Shown here: positions 10,919 to 23,932 of the stretch, piece after piece
How positions within the stretch are numbered: the first letter of the stretch is position 1
How the letters are laid out: every line of letters starts with the position of its first letter
Source: Callorhinchus milii
Taxonomy: Eukaryota
Direction of reading: 5' to 3'
NCBI RefSeq assembly: GCF_018977255.1
Contig: NW_024704742.1
Coordinates: forward strand, 109,618,001-109,682,000
Length of the DNA: 64,000 nucleotides
Position numbers and translations under genes: made by a program
The notes under the pieces: model-generated
What the model saw: only the letters and a program-made list of their open reading frames with translations
Told to the model about the DNA's origin: nothing
The model's database searches: none

Positions 10919-13258
10919 GTAATAGCTTCTTTTCAGATCTGACTATAATGTTTGGTTTGTACCTAGTTTTATTGTATATTCTCATCTGACATTTCTCCAA
11001 AGAAATAAATGCTTGTGTGATTTGTGCAGCAAAACTACTATATAAATCCAACCATAGAAACATGACTTGGCACTTAATGTGTGCAAAAAAAATCATTTTT
11101 TTATCAGTATCATTTTGTAAACGAATGAATGCTTTAAAGTAGGAGTCAAAGGTACTGCAGATATTTGTAGTTGAAAAAAAGGTTTGCTTTTAGAAAAGCA
11201 TTTACATTACATTTGCATCTTTGTTTTACATGAATAAAACACAGAAATATGATAATTGTTCTTTTCCTCCATAAATTACTGTAAGTGGATGCTTTGACCA
11301 CTTTAATTCTTCACCTGTTCAGTTTGATTACACTTTTTTACCTACATTGTAAACATTGTTCATTGTTGAGAAAGAGACAGTCCTAAATTATGGACTGAAT
11401 ATTACTCATGCAATTTTTTTTAAAATTCCACCTGGTTAATGGAGAAATGGTGGTCCCAAGAAAGTCTTAGTTTTGCATGAGTTAGAACAACTTCTCTATA
11501 TTTCAGAAACGTATCATTTTTCCAATAGCTACAACGTATTTATACAGCTCTTTGCAACTCCATAAACTAAATGTACTTTCCTACTGGGGAGCTCAAGAGA
11601 ATCTCAGTGAAATGTATTTGTGCCAGAAATACTATCATACAGAAACCAAAAATATTAATAAGGACAACTTTGTGTCAAAAAAACAGTGTATTAAAACCAA
11701 ACTATGTAATATGCCTGTAATCATTGCTTCATGTATTGTATTTTCACTTCCTGGCTCCCAACAATGCCTTTCCTCAGTGTGTGCTATCTGGTCTGACTCA
11801 CAATGTGTCCCATATGTGTGAGAAGGAAAGGAAGGAAACAGAGGGGAACTCTTGATGGTGTATCTCCAGGGTAAAGGGGAAGGAGGCAGAGTTTAAGGGC
11901 CTCGTACTTCACTAACACCAGGAACAGAGGGCAGCTGCACTTTGAGACTCCCCCCTGTGAAGATGTGCATCGCAGTGTTGTCACAATCACACTTTCCTTC
12001 TCACCTGTCCTATGCTTGTTGCTCCACCACATGTTGCTTTATTAGCTTCCTTAACTTCTCAGGTGCCTTGTCTTAAGTGTTGCTGCATATTTGCAATGTT
12101 TGTTGAAAAGTAGAAATGTCATGTAGTGGTCAAAGGGTTTGGAGGGAGGCTTTATTCCCTTCGCCTCTCTCCATCTCCACTCCTCTATTGATGTTGCAAA
12201 CTATATTTGCATAATAATCCTCTTCCTCCTGAAGATTAAGCTTTGCAAAATAGGTCTCCCCTCCATGAAGCTGATCCATCTCCAGGGTGCTCAGCAACAG
12301 TTGAGTGTAGGCTGGAATCCCTCTTCCCACAGCCATCTCCTCATTTTACTACAAATCCCTGTGAGGCACTTTGAGACTTTTTGATGTTGTAGGCGCAATA
12401 TCAAGGATTATTATTATTATAAGAAAGTTCAGCATGAGGTTGAAGGTCAAAGATGCAGACTGAGTTCTTGCTTAAGGGGCTATGCTTTAACCAGACCCCT
12501 CTGACTAACTGTGAGAAATGTGTTCCAGAAGATAACTACAATATGGGAATCTTAGCGCTTGATTGATTCAAATGGAGAGATTTGACAGAGTGCATAACTA
12601 TTTGCTGCATTTTGCAGGAATACATCCTATCTTGAATACAGGTAGTAAAATTAATCATCCAGAATGGAATAATCTCATCCAGATGGAAGCAAAGCACATG
12701 GAGAGCTTAACCTTCTTAGAGAAGCTAACAGTCTGACCTAAAGCTCTTTAAAGGATGACAAGCCTTTTTCCAAAGGCCTAGTAAGTAAAGTTACCAATGT
12801 TTGTGCTGAAACTAGCTGGTGTTAGCTGGTGCAATCGTTGGGGGTACTACAAATGATTGAGAGTGGGGTGAATACAACTAGAGTTCCTGTTCCAGATTAC
12901 TATTGATAACCCTTGCTAAAAAGTAACCTTGTGTGAACAAAGTGAGATCAGGGTTAGGCTTTATTGTGATGCTATCAACCTGACAAATTAGTCTACTAAT
13001 AACCGTGTAACACATGTAGAATGGGCACTTAAAGCTATAGTAGGATTACCAGCATCTGGAGTCCTCAGGAATAGGAGGTAAATGAGGGAGAAATATTAAA
13101 AAAAGTCCCCCTCAGATTGGGTTTTTCACATTGAGTCTAGTATTTAACAGCTGTATTCTTGGTCCAATCACGTTTTATTGATTTGAGCAGTTCTATTACT
13201 GGACTGTGTAGGAAAGTCACATACCTTCTTGAAATTCTAATGTATTCTTGTTCCATAA

Positions 13259-13488
13259 GGCAAGTTTCCTTACTCCACACGCCTAATAATAATCCCTCCA
13301 AAACAAAACAATAATAAATTGGTCATTTTCAATCCATAATTGTTTGTGGGACACTGCTGTGAGCAATTGGCTGCTGCGTTTCGCCCACAAATATACGGTC
13401 AATTCACTTTACGGTATATTCTGTGAAGCGCTTTGAGATGTCTAGAAACGTAAAAAGCGCTATATCAAATGCAAGGATTATTATTATT
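13259..13488 (+). mobile_element. 5'-truncated SINE
   Basis: ggcaagtttccttactccacac...tatatcaaatgcaaggattattatt. Confidence 0.9.
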
Positions 13489-14672
13489 CTGCCACTCCTG
13501 TGAGCACTTTTTGATAAGAACTCTGGAAAAATTAGAAGTTTTCTCAGCTAGCTTTTCATTTAGTGGCAGTGCACCTATGCTTTCTGCTCACAAATTCAGA
13601 ATCTACTGAATCTTAAAAAGCGTAAGGATAGATGGAAATAACCATTTCCTGAAATTGCATTGAGAACAATTCAGTTTTGTTCTACTTTTTATTTTTATTG
13701 AACGTTCTCTTAAGAGGTAACATTTTACTTTGGCAAAAGGTCATTTCAGAATGGAGCTTCCATTAATATAAGAAGTGTTATATTTGGATGTTATCACTGC
13801 TATATTCCCTGGTCACTGACCGATCAATAGCCTGATTTTAGAAATGCACCTGTTTTTTCTCCCTAAGCTCAATCATGATCCCCTGATGAATGACAGTTTT
13901 GTGGAGGATATATAACAGGCTACAGACATGGCAGATCAACTGAAGAACTCTATTGTGCAACCCTAAACTGTCTCAGATACCTCAAGTGTATTTTAACATC
14001 TCAGATGTTCTCTTAATTACAAAGGCAGCATATCAATGTATCTCATTGTACTTTTCCCCAAGAGGGCATGTTGAATTCAGAATGGGAGTCATCAACTATG
14101 GTTTCAGGGCATAATCACAATCTCTCACCAATCATGCTTACAGAGGAAAACATCCAGTGAGAATTTGTTATAGCAGGATATATAAAGAGATCTACAGTAA
14201 TCATGTTTGGTACCACATCCTAACTGAATTTTCATAGAATTAAACCCTTGCGGATTTTGAAAAACTATTATACCTGTTGAAGGGAAATGCAGTTCCACAT
14301 GTGTGTAATCAATGAGATCAAGACCCCTGGGGTTCCCAGGTATACATAATAAGTGGCATTGCTTTGCCATACTCTTGGTGACCTGAGTTGCATGAAATGT
14401 AACATAGCAACTAACAGACATGATCAGGGTATTATCCACTTGATTAATAAATCTATATATAACAAATTAGTTTATGACTGCAAATTCCTGGAGATTGAGA
14501 AACACCAATAATGTCTACTTTAATACCATAGGCATGGCTGACTATAATTACTTACTGACTATAATTTTGCATTGTTTGGCAAGTCGGCATATATTTAAAA
14601 TATAAATTATTGTGTCTAAATTTATAATGATGCATGTATGCAACAATAAAATTCACTCAGCTCTGCAAGCCT

Positions 14673-15009
14673 CTTTTCACGTCTTCTAGATGTCTCAAAG
14701 CGCTTCACAGAATATACTGTAAAGTGAATCGACTATATTTGTGGGCAAACGTGGCAGCCAATTGTGCACAGCAGTGTCCCTCAAACAGTCGTGGATTGAG
14801 TGACCAAATTATTATTTATTTATTTATTTTGAAGGGATTTTTATCCCCGGAAAAGCGATCCGCCAATCGACCGGGTTCCTACTTACTGCTAAATAAATAG
14901 AGGCATGTGGAGTAAGGAAACTTGCTTAAGGTTTCGTCCTACTTGGGAATTGAAACTGGGTGCTCCCGCTTGCAAAACGAGTGCTCTAACCAATACACTA
15001 CAGGACTCC
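14673..15009 (-). mobile_element. SINE, long-body variant, 3' tail lost
   Basis: Intact tRNA head at 15009. Shares the AGCAGTAAGTAGGAACCCGG segment with the 1059-1434 copy. Confidence 0.85.
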
Positions 15010-15575
15010 AATTAACGTATTTCATATGTGTCGTATGTTCGCTGATGTCATCCCATATACAATTCAATGACAAAACAATGGACACGAACAAACTTTGCAT
15101 GTGCAAAGACCCCTTGTGAAGTATATAATGATCCGGGTGTGGTAACTAATTAACTTTAGCAGAGGCACTCCTGTTTATTAGGATATTTTGCTCGCATTCT
15201 TTTCTCCTCCTTTTATTTTGCCCAAGGACAGGTTTATTATAGGCTCCAGCAGAGTTCTGCCTTGCATCACTCATGTCATGTATGATGCCCAGAGTGGCTT
15301 TCTTCCTAACCTATGGGCAAGTATGTTGGTTTTGCTTTGTACATCTCCTATTGTAGATATGGGATTAGCATCAGGTAGCCTTTATTGGCACAGTTAATGA
15401 GATAGGTCTTTTTGAAAAACAGAGAAGGGATGAGGTCATGCAATTTTGGAAGAAGTGAGCAACCAGGAAGATTGATATATGTAATGCCTAAGGTGAAGCT
15501 GGTGGGAACCAAGCAGGATAGACTTAACTATTTTGCCTTTTGTTTAGTCTTAATTTTGTAGATTTAGAGACATTT

Positions 15576-18500
15576 AACAACAACAACAAGATTCCATTTA
15601 TAAAAGCGCCTTTCACGTCAGGAGGACGTCCCAAGGCGTTGCACAGTTGGGTCAGGACCCAAGCAGGGGGAAATGGTCAGGGTGAGGGTAGGGAAGGGAG
15701 GGAGTGAGGAGGGGGGAAATGGTCAGGGTGAGGGGAGGGAGCGAGGAGGGGGAAGAGAGTCGAGAGGGGAGCTGAAGGCTCGGTCAAAGAGAAAGGTTTT
15801 GAGACCGGCCTTGAAGGAGGAGAGGGAGGAGGCGGCGAAGGCACTGGGGGATAGAGTTCCAGAGCCTGGGGGCTGAGAGGCTGAAGGCCCGACCACCGAT
15901 GGTAGGGCGATTGGGGCGGCGGATGTGGAGCAGACCGGAGCCGGAGGAACGGAGGGTATGGGCAGGTAGGAAGGGGGATAGTAGGTCACAGAGGTAGGAG
16001 GGAGCAAGGCCGTGGATGGCCTTATAGGTGAGGATGAGGATCTTGAAATCAATCCTCTGGGGGATGGGGAGCCAGTGGAGGCGAGCGAGGGTGGGAGTGA
16101 TGTGATCGCGAAGCCTGGTGCGGGACAGTACACAGGCTGCAGGGTTCTGAATGACCTGCAGCTTGTGGAGGGAGGTGGCGGGAAGGCCGGCGAGGAGAGA
16201 GGTCCCATAGTCCAGCCTTGAGGTGATAAAGGCGTGGACCAGGGTTTCAGCAGCGTGAGGGGTGAGGTAGTGCCGTAGTCTGGCGATGTTCCGGAGGTGA
16301 TGGAAGGCGGTGCCAGTTGTGGTGCGGATGTGAGGGAGAAAGGACAGCTCAGGGTCGAACAAAACGCCGAGGTTCCTGACTGGCTTTGAGAGGTGGAGAG
16401 TGCAGCCTTGGATGCTGATGGTGTCGGCGCCTGAGGTGCGGAGGCGCTGACGTGAGCCAATCAGGAGGGCCTCGGTTTTTCGCACGTTGAGCTGAAGAAA
16501 GTTGTCTCTTGTCCAAGACTCGATGTCGGACAGGCAGGCTGTCAGGACATTGGTGGTCGTGGAGTTGAGAGTAGAGGAGGAAAGGTAGAGTTGGGTGTCA
16601 TCCGCATACATGTGGAAGTTAACTCCATGTCTGCGGATGATGTCACCAAGGGGGAGCATATAGAGGGTGAAGAGGAGGGGACCGAGGACAGAGCCCTGAG
16701 GGACACCACATGAGACAGTACGGAGGGTGGAGGAGAAGCCATTTGTAGAGACAAAGTGAAGACGGTGAGAAAGGTACGACCTAAACCACTCAAGGACAGT
16801 GCCTTGAAGGTTGAGGTGGGAGGACATGGGCAGCACGGAAACCTGACTGAAGGGGTTCGAAAAGTGAATTGGTGGAAAGGAAAGAGCGCAGTTGGGAGGC
16901 GACAACTCTTTCCAGGACCTTGGAGAGAAAGGGGAGGTTGGAGATGGGCCGGTAGCTTGATAGCTGCGACGCATCAAGGGAGGGTTTTTTCAGGGTGGGC
17001 GTGATGGTGGCAGTTTTTAATGGAATGGGGACAGAGCCAGAGGAGAGGGACAGGTTGATGATGTCAGTGATATGTGGGGCAAGAAAGTGGAGCTGGGAGA
17101 TAAGGAGTGGAGTGGGGATGGGGTCAAGGGAGCAGGTGGTTGGTTTTAGGGATAGGATGAGTTTGGTGACAGAGGGTGGGGAAACGGGTACAAATGTGAG
17201 TAGGGGAGGATGGGTAGCAGTCGGAGTGAGGGGGTGGGGGGTTGGTGGATGTTGGAGGGTAAGATCTTGGATTCAAGGAAATCCAGCATCTCCTCGCAGT
17301 GAAGGTTGGAGGAGATGACCTGCGCGGGGTGGCGGGGGGGACGGAGGAGTCGGGTTGTGGTGGAAAACAGTAGCCTGGGGTTGTTCTTCGCCTCCAGGAT
17401 TATCCTGGAGTAGAAGGACGACTTGGCCGAGGCTAGAGTGGAGCGGTAAATTTTGAGGAGGTCCAGCCAGATTTGTCGGTGGACCGTTAGGCCAGATTTG
17501 ACACAGGTGCGTTCAGCAGCCCGCACCTGGCTTTTCAGTGAGCGGAGGTGGGTGGTGTACCAGGGGGAGGAGCGGGAGTAGGAGACAGTGCGGGAAGTGA
17601 TGGGGGCAAGAGTATCGAGTGTGGAGGAGAGGGTATTGTGGAGGAGGGAGAGAGGAGAAGAGGGGTCGGTGAGGGTTGAAGGCCAGAGGGAGAGGAGTTC
17701 AGAGGACTCCAAGGCATCGGTTAGGGATTGTGGGGGTAACTTCTTCCAAGGGCGGTAGAAGATGGTGGTGGGTCTGGTGGAGGGGGGTGGAGGTGGTGAA
17801 GGAGATGAAGTGGTGGTCAGAGATGGCCTTGTCGGTAATGGTGACATCCGAGACACTGAGGCCCCGGGTGATCACCAAATCGAGTGGGTGGCCGTGACTG
17901 TGAGTGGGGGAGTTTATGTGTAAGGAGAGGTTGAGTGAGGAGAGCAGGGAAGAGAAGTCTGTGGAGATGGAGCAGGAGGGGGTGAAGTGCAGGTTAAAGT
18001 CGCCCAGGATGATGAGGCGATCAGAGCAGAGGCAAAGAGATGTGAGGAGTGTTGAAATGTCAGAGATGAAGGTGGGAGAGGTTTTAGGGGGCCGGTAGAG
18101 GAGGAGGATTTTAAGGGAGAGGAATGAGGGGTGGGAGAGGGTGAGGTGCTCAAAGGAGGGGAAAGAGCCAGTGGAGTAGGGGGATAGGGCAAGTGGTGTC
18201 CTTGAGATAAGGGCTACACCACCGCCACGGCGGTTGGGGCGGGGGATGTGGTGGGAGGTGTAGCCGGGTGGTGTGGCCTCCGTGAGGGGGAAGGTGTCGC
18301 CTGGGGTGAGCCAGGTTTCTGTTAAGGCCATGATATCAACGTTCTCATCAAGGATGAGATCGTTGATGACCAGGGCCTTGTTACAGAGGGAGCGGACGTT
18401 TTGCAGTCCGATGTGGAGGGAGCGGTTGACAGAAGGGTGTGTGGGAGGGGAGGGGGGAGGGGGGTCCAGGTTGTGAAGCAGGGGTAGGGGGGGATGGGGA

Positions 18501-18826
18501 TAAGGGAGGAGAGGTTGGCTCCCCGGGTCTGTGTCCGGGGTGGCTGGCGAGAGGTGAGGAATGGGGCAGTCAGTGTGGCTGCTGCTGGACAGCCAACGCC
18601 GAGTGCCATGGTGAGCCCAGCGGAGGATTCCCAGGCTGGAGCAGAGGGAGGTTGTGGGAGGGTCAAGTGGGGATAGAAGACGAGAGGGACGGAGAGACAG
18701 GAGGACAGAGCGGGAGAGATGCAGAGTGGGGAGGGTTTGGGGGGAGAGAGGAGGGGGGCGGGAGGGAGGGGGTGAGGGGGCTCGGGTCAAAGCGGCAGCC
18801 ATAGTGCGCACGTGGGGACGAATGGT
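15576..18826 (-). mobile_element. Nearly full-length young L2 LINE (AP endonuclease + reverse transcriptase), frameshifted and deleted
   Basis: APE motifs GLQNVRSL, ALTETWL, GGGVA, YRPP, GDFN, LDLV, SDH (ORF 17699-18829). RT motifs [13 protein letters not shown] and YADD (ORF 15784-16977). (TTG)n tail. Confidence 0.95.
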
Positions 18827-18929
18827 CATTTGCAGTCAATTTAATGCTCATCCAGGCAGGACCTGACAGGCAGTCACAACACTGATCGTGGAGTCAAGGT
18901 TAGAGGCAGAAAGGTAGCATTGGGGAACA

Positions 18930-19080
18930 TATGAAAGTGGACTTCATCCCTGTGGATAATGTTACCAAGGTGGATCATGCAGATGAAGAAAAAGAGAGCA
19001 CTGAGGATAGAAGCCCTGAAGAACACTACATGTGGCTGTGGGGGCACAAGAAGAAAAGCTGTTGTAGGAGATATAGTGAG
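18930..19080 (-). mobile_element. Very old L2/CR1 RT fragment
   Basis: Resembles the reverse complement of the QGSIL..LF.I...L....H.Y region seen in the young copies. Confidence 0.4.
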
Positions 19081-22000
19081 AATGCTGGATCAGGTAGGAG
19101 TGGAACTAGGAAAGTGCAGTCCACCAGAATTAAAGAAACCAAACTCCCTAGCACAAATAAATATTTGGTACACCCCACTGCATCTACTGAAGTTGCTAAT
19201 ACTGATAGCTGAAGCTTCTGTTAAAGCCTACAGCAATTGTAATAGATATGACACAACGCAGCACCAAGCTTCTGGAATGTTAGTGAAATTTTCAACCGAG
19301 CAGCCTGCCACTGCTGTTGTCTGCCAAAATGTTAAATTGTCCACAAAAAAAATGAAATAATATTGTTATCACACAATCAAGTTCATCTTACTTTATTTTA
19401 ATCAGGTTAAGTTTCCAAGTAGGAGACTTGCACTTGGTAACGACTTTCATACCATAATTTAAGGCTGAATTGAAGAGTTGAAAAGACAGGTTGTATCAAT
19501 TCTGTTTCTGAAGTCATGACAGTTCCACGTAAGAATATTTAACTGCAATTCAATTGCAGTGTTTATACAGATTCATATTACTTTCTAACATATTATATGA
19601 AAATTAGTGTGGGTTGTTGAAAATAGTCACTAATTCCCTGAAAGTCTACAAATGTAACAGTTAATCCTTCTCTTGTACATAATTTTTTTTTAACCTACAC
19701 AGAGGGATTCCATTAGTCTTCAGGATTTAGATTCAGGAATGGCATAGCAATATAATTTTGCAGTATTGTAATAAACTTAACTACACCTCCTTCAACAACA
19801 CAGCAGTATATTCATCATATAAATATAAGACATCAAGGCATTTGAGTGGCATTTCAATCGAGTTTTATAACTGAAGCACAAAAAAGTATTATTGTACAGT
19901 TCAGTTTCTTAAGGTTTAACATTAAATGAAATAGCTTTCAATGAATATCATTTTAAAATACAATAATAATGAGTCATCATTTCTTTTGAAGTGAATATAC
20001 TTATTCATTAAAAATAAACTGTGACCTGTAGTATTGGAATCAAAAACTATTATTAAAAATCAACCATAATGATCACTTTGAGCAAATGTTCAGATGTTCT
20101 TTTAAATATGAAGGTACCATCTGTCATAAATTATAGCCATATGGTGAAATATTGCAGTGTTTCACTCATATTGATCATCTGTATATGAAATGAATGCTTT
20201 TTGAGATTTACATTTGTCAAACTGCTAAAGTATTCATGATGTAGTATGGTCTTAACATTTTAACTGTTTGTAGTTCTGGGTTCCTCTTTCACTCACTTAA
20301 AAGTGGCTTACTTTAAACACTAGCTTGGTTTTCTCAAAAATAAATGAAAATATTATTTGCACTAACATATGAAGGGTTCAAAAATATTGTGTATTGTTTT
20401 ATGGAATAATCTCCATCTAACGGCAATACAGAATTTGAGACTGTCACTCAGAGACTTGACACTGTGTGGGATGTCATTGAGGAAGGTCTTTTGCTATCTT
20501 AAATTGACAGGTTATGACAAAACTGCATTCATGTTACTTGAATAAATCTTTTGTCTAGTTTAACATGCTTTTTGGCTTGTCTAGACAATGACTTATTGAG
20601 GTTTTCATTAGCTTTAAACAGGTGTGGCTTCCTTTACGCAAGATACCTTGATAGCATTGTACTGTAGGCGAATAAATCACTGAAGCTCAAAAAGGCCATG
20701 GCCCTTCTTCAGATGGTAGTGATGAGTTGAAAGACTCATTAATCAAAGCCGAAGTCACAGGTGTGATGGCTTTCCCAGAAACTGCCAACAGACTGTGAAA
20801 GTCACATCCAACACACTGAACTGTCAGTGAGGCAGGCCATAAAACATAGAACCCAGAGATTCCCATATTTTAAAACAAAACTAATCATTGCAAAATTCAG
20901 AGTTTTTTTAATACATATTTTTGTTATGGTGGACATTTAAAGTTTTGTACATAAATAAAGATGATGCTTTATTTTCTTCTTTGAACCACTTAAAAGAATG
21001 GCAAATCATTTTAAGCTCAATAAAGTTTCATTGCAGATGATTAAGTGCTTGGTTTAATAGCCAACTACAGTAACGTATCCATGTCGTCTCACTAAATGGT
21101 AAAAGACCAGCTGTTTACTTAGAGAATACTGCTTAGAAAAGTTGTGATGTGTTTCATTCATTAGATCCATTCCTCATATTGACAGTTTAGCATTGTTTAT
21201 TTTCAAGGTTGTATAGGGAACACTCCATTACGAAAATAGTACATTTGGCTTGGTGAGTATGTCCTGTTTGGTTGGCAGATAAGCAGTGTGTGGATGATGT
21301 GGATATTCAATATATGGCACGAATGATTCGACTATCCAAATCTTATTCTCAGAATTCACCCCTCTGTCTCCTACAAATAAATTTCAACCAGTAAGCGTAT
21401 AGCGGTTAGAGCTACTTGTATCACATATTTTTGGCTAACCTGGTGTCTGACACATGTGGAAACCTATCGCCATACTTAAAAGTATCCAAACCAGACAGTT
21501 CCACATATGCATGCCACCAAAGAATGGAAATTTCTCTTTGTCTGGATCGAGCATACACTCTCCACTCAAAGGGACTTATGCTGCTTCCCTAATTCAGAAA
21601 GTATTGGGCACAGATTGGCAAGATGCAGTAGCATGATGCAGACTGTATTCTGCAAGATTGATATTTTATTTCAGTTTATTTGCACTCAGCCTTCCAGAAT
21701 ACCAACCCATTTAGAGTATCAGTTTCAGGAATCATAGTGTTAATTTTATTTGAAGAGAAAACAATCTTTTCATCAATAATAAACACACAATAATTATAAT
21801 TGAATTATAAAAACTCAGCATACCTAACTTGGAACTGAAGGTCGTATTGACACCAATCATTCCATATCCAAGTCACTCCAATGGTATTATGACTATCAAG
21901 CATCCCAAGAGATAGATAGCTGTGCGAAAACAAATACAGTTCATTAAGGGTCAGATAGACAAAGATTAATTGTCATCTTCTATAAGTTCTTGATATTGTA

Positions 22001-23304
22001 GTTTATTAAACTTAAAAAGTGCCCCTTCCCGTTCCTGTTCAGAAATGACTCAGTAAACTAGCACTTTAATATTTAAATTCTGCACATTTTCAACCCCCAC
22101 CAATGTATATCAAAAGCAAGATATATAAATCCAGCTTCCCATTCCACATTGAGTTACTACTGGAAGCAATGCCATTTTATTTCCAGCAATAAATTGGGGA
22201 TTAGCCTTTTTTAAATTTAATATTCTTGAGTGAATCTGCTCAGAGCAGCTGAGATCATACTGCATTAATAATATCCTGATCAAAATGAACTTTCTGATAT
22301 GCAAGACATGGGTTATTTCAACTGCAGTATCTTTATTGTTAATAATCTTTAATTGTCATATCATTAATTAATTTAATAAATATTTTCAACTGCTGAGAAC
22401 AGTAACAATGAACACCAAAGAAACAATAAGTCCAGCATTCCTTTTGATATAAATTAAGAGAACTCACCTATTTAACAATTCTGTTTAATGAAACACTCAT
22501 GAAACCACATCAGTGCCTGACATTCATAAATGCAGTTTTGTGAGAAATTAGATTTTGATAGCATTAATGAAAAAGTATCACCCAATATTGATGCATTTGC
22601 AATAATGGGTATTTCACACTACTGAAGCAGCTAAAGAGGTCCATAAAATTCAAGAACTCCATGATTATAGCAATGGAGTACCAAATTAGATATTACAATG
22701 GCTCAACCAGAAATTCAGACAACCTGACATTAGATGTGACCCTAGTGGAAACAGTAAGGGTACAAACAGTATCATGACATTCTCACCATGTTCAAAGAAC
22801 CACTCGCATGGAATTATATGACAAAGAGAGTTAGTGCTATCTGAGCCACTCAGACCTAACGACACGTGTGGAAGAATCTTAATAAATGTAAGCAGAAACA
22901 TTATTATATAGTAGGATGATAGGACACCGGTAAATTCAACAAAGTTGAGTTTGTAAATTATAGGGTTGAAAAGCATTCTGTAAGAAAGCAGTGGCATATT
23001 CGCACCTTACCACCAGAAAAAGCGTCTCCAGTAGGGAACCCCATACGCCTCACAATGATTTGCGAGACTGAGGCATTGAGGTGAGAATACTATTACTGCT
23101 AAAAATAATCCTTGCATTTGATATTGTGCATAGTAATATCTTAGTAAATCTACGCTGCACTCCTGAAGAATGGCAACTAAAACTTCACAGATTCCAGAGG
23201 TAGTATAACTAAGATTTGATATAAATCTAACATTTTAATATTTCTTACTTGTGTATTCGATTCCTCTAGACATGAAGCCAAGAACTCTGTTTTCAATGGC
23301 CTTA

Positions 23305-23932
23305 TCAGGAAACGACAGGCCAGTTAACCTTACATCAGTTGTGGGTAAACATTTGGAAGCAATAATAAGGGAAAAGGTTAGAAAGTACTTAAATAGGCAT
23401 GGGTTAATCAGGAACAGCCCTCATGGATCATTGCATTGCATGCAGTTTTAGGCACTTCACTTCAGCAGAGGTGTTTGAGGCTTGGAGAGGGTGCAGAGAG
23501 GTTCATGAGAATGATTCCGGGGATGAAGCGCTAAAGTTATGAAGAGAGATTGGAGAAGCTGGGGTTGTTTTCATTTGAGAGAGAAGGTTGAGGGGGAACC
23601 TGATCGAGGTGCACAAAATCATGAGGGGTTTTGTAAGGGTAAATATGGAGAAGTTATTTGCCTTGATGGTAACTAGGATAGTTACCATCAAGGCAAAGAA
23701 GAGTGAAAGGAGAACTTTGGAGGAATTTTTGGAATGTGGAATCCCCTGCCAAGTTGGGTGGTGGATATGAAGTCCATTGTAGCTTTCAAGAGGGAAGTAA
23801 ATAGGGGTATGAAAGAGAAAAGCTTGGGGACAAGGCAGGGCATTGGGATTGAAATCATATCCTTGCTCTGTGAACTAATATAGGCTTGATGGGCCAAATG
23901 GCCTGCTTCTGGGCTGTAGATTTCTATGTTTC
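23305..23932 (+). mobile_element. Degraded CR1 LINE
   Basis: RPVNLTSVVGK, RGNLIEVHKIMRG, and a 3' end gggccaaatggcctgcttctg...ttctatgtttcta. Confidence 0.8.

Noticed and set aside
12618..12645. Possible terminal exon after ttttgcag
   Set aside because: The phase-2 continuation gives a short NTSYLEYR* with no similarity to the recalled KIAA0825 C-terminus.
15723..18866. Multiple Pro/Ser-rich or Gly/Arg-rich ORFs as novel proteins
   Set aside because: They are alternative-frame and antisense ORFs produced by the C-rich L2 sequence.
18931..19360. Acidic ORF (DEEKESTED) as the missing terminal KIAA0825 exon
   Set aside because: There is no suitable acceptor or WEM-like motif, and the sequence resembles the antisense of an old LINE RT.
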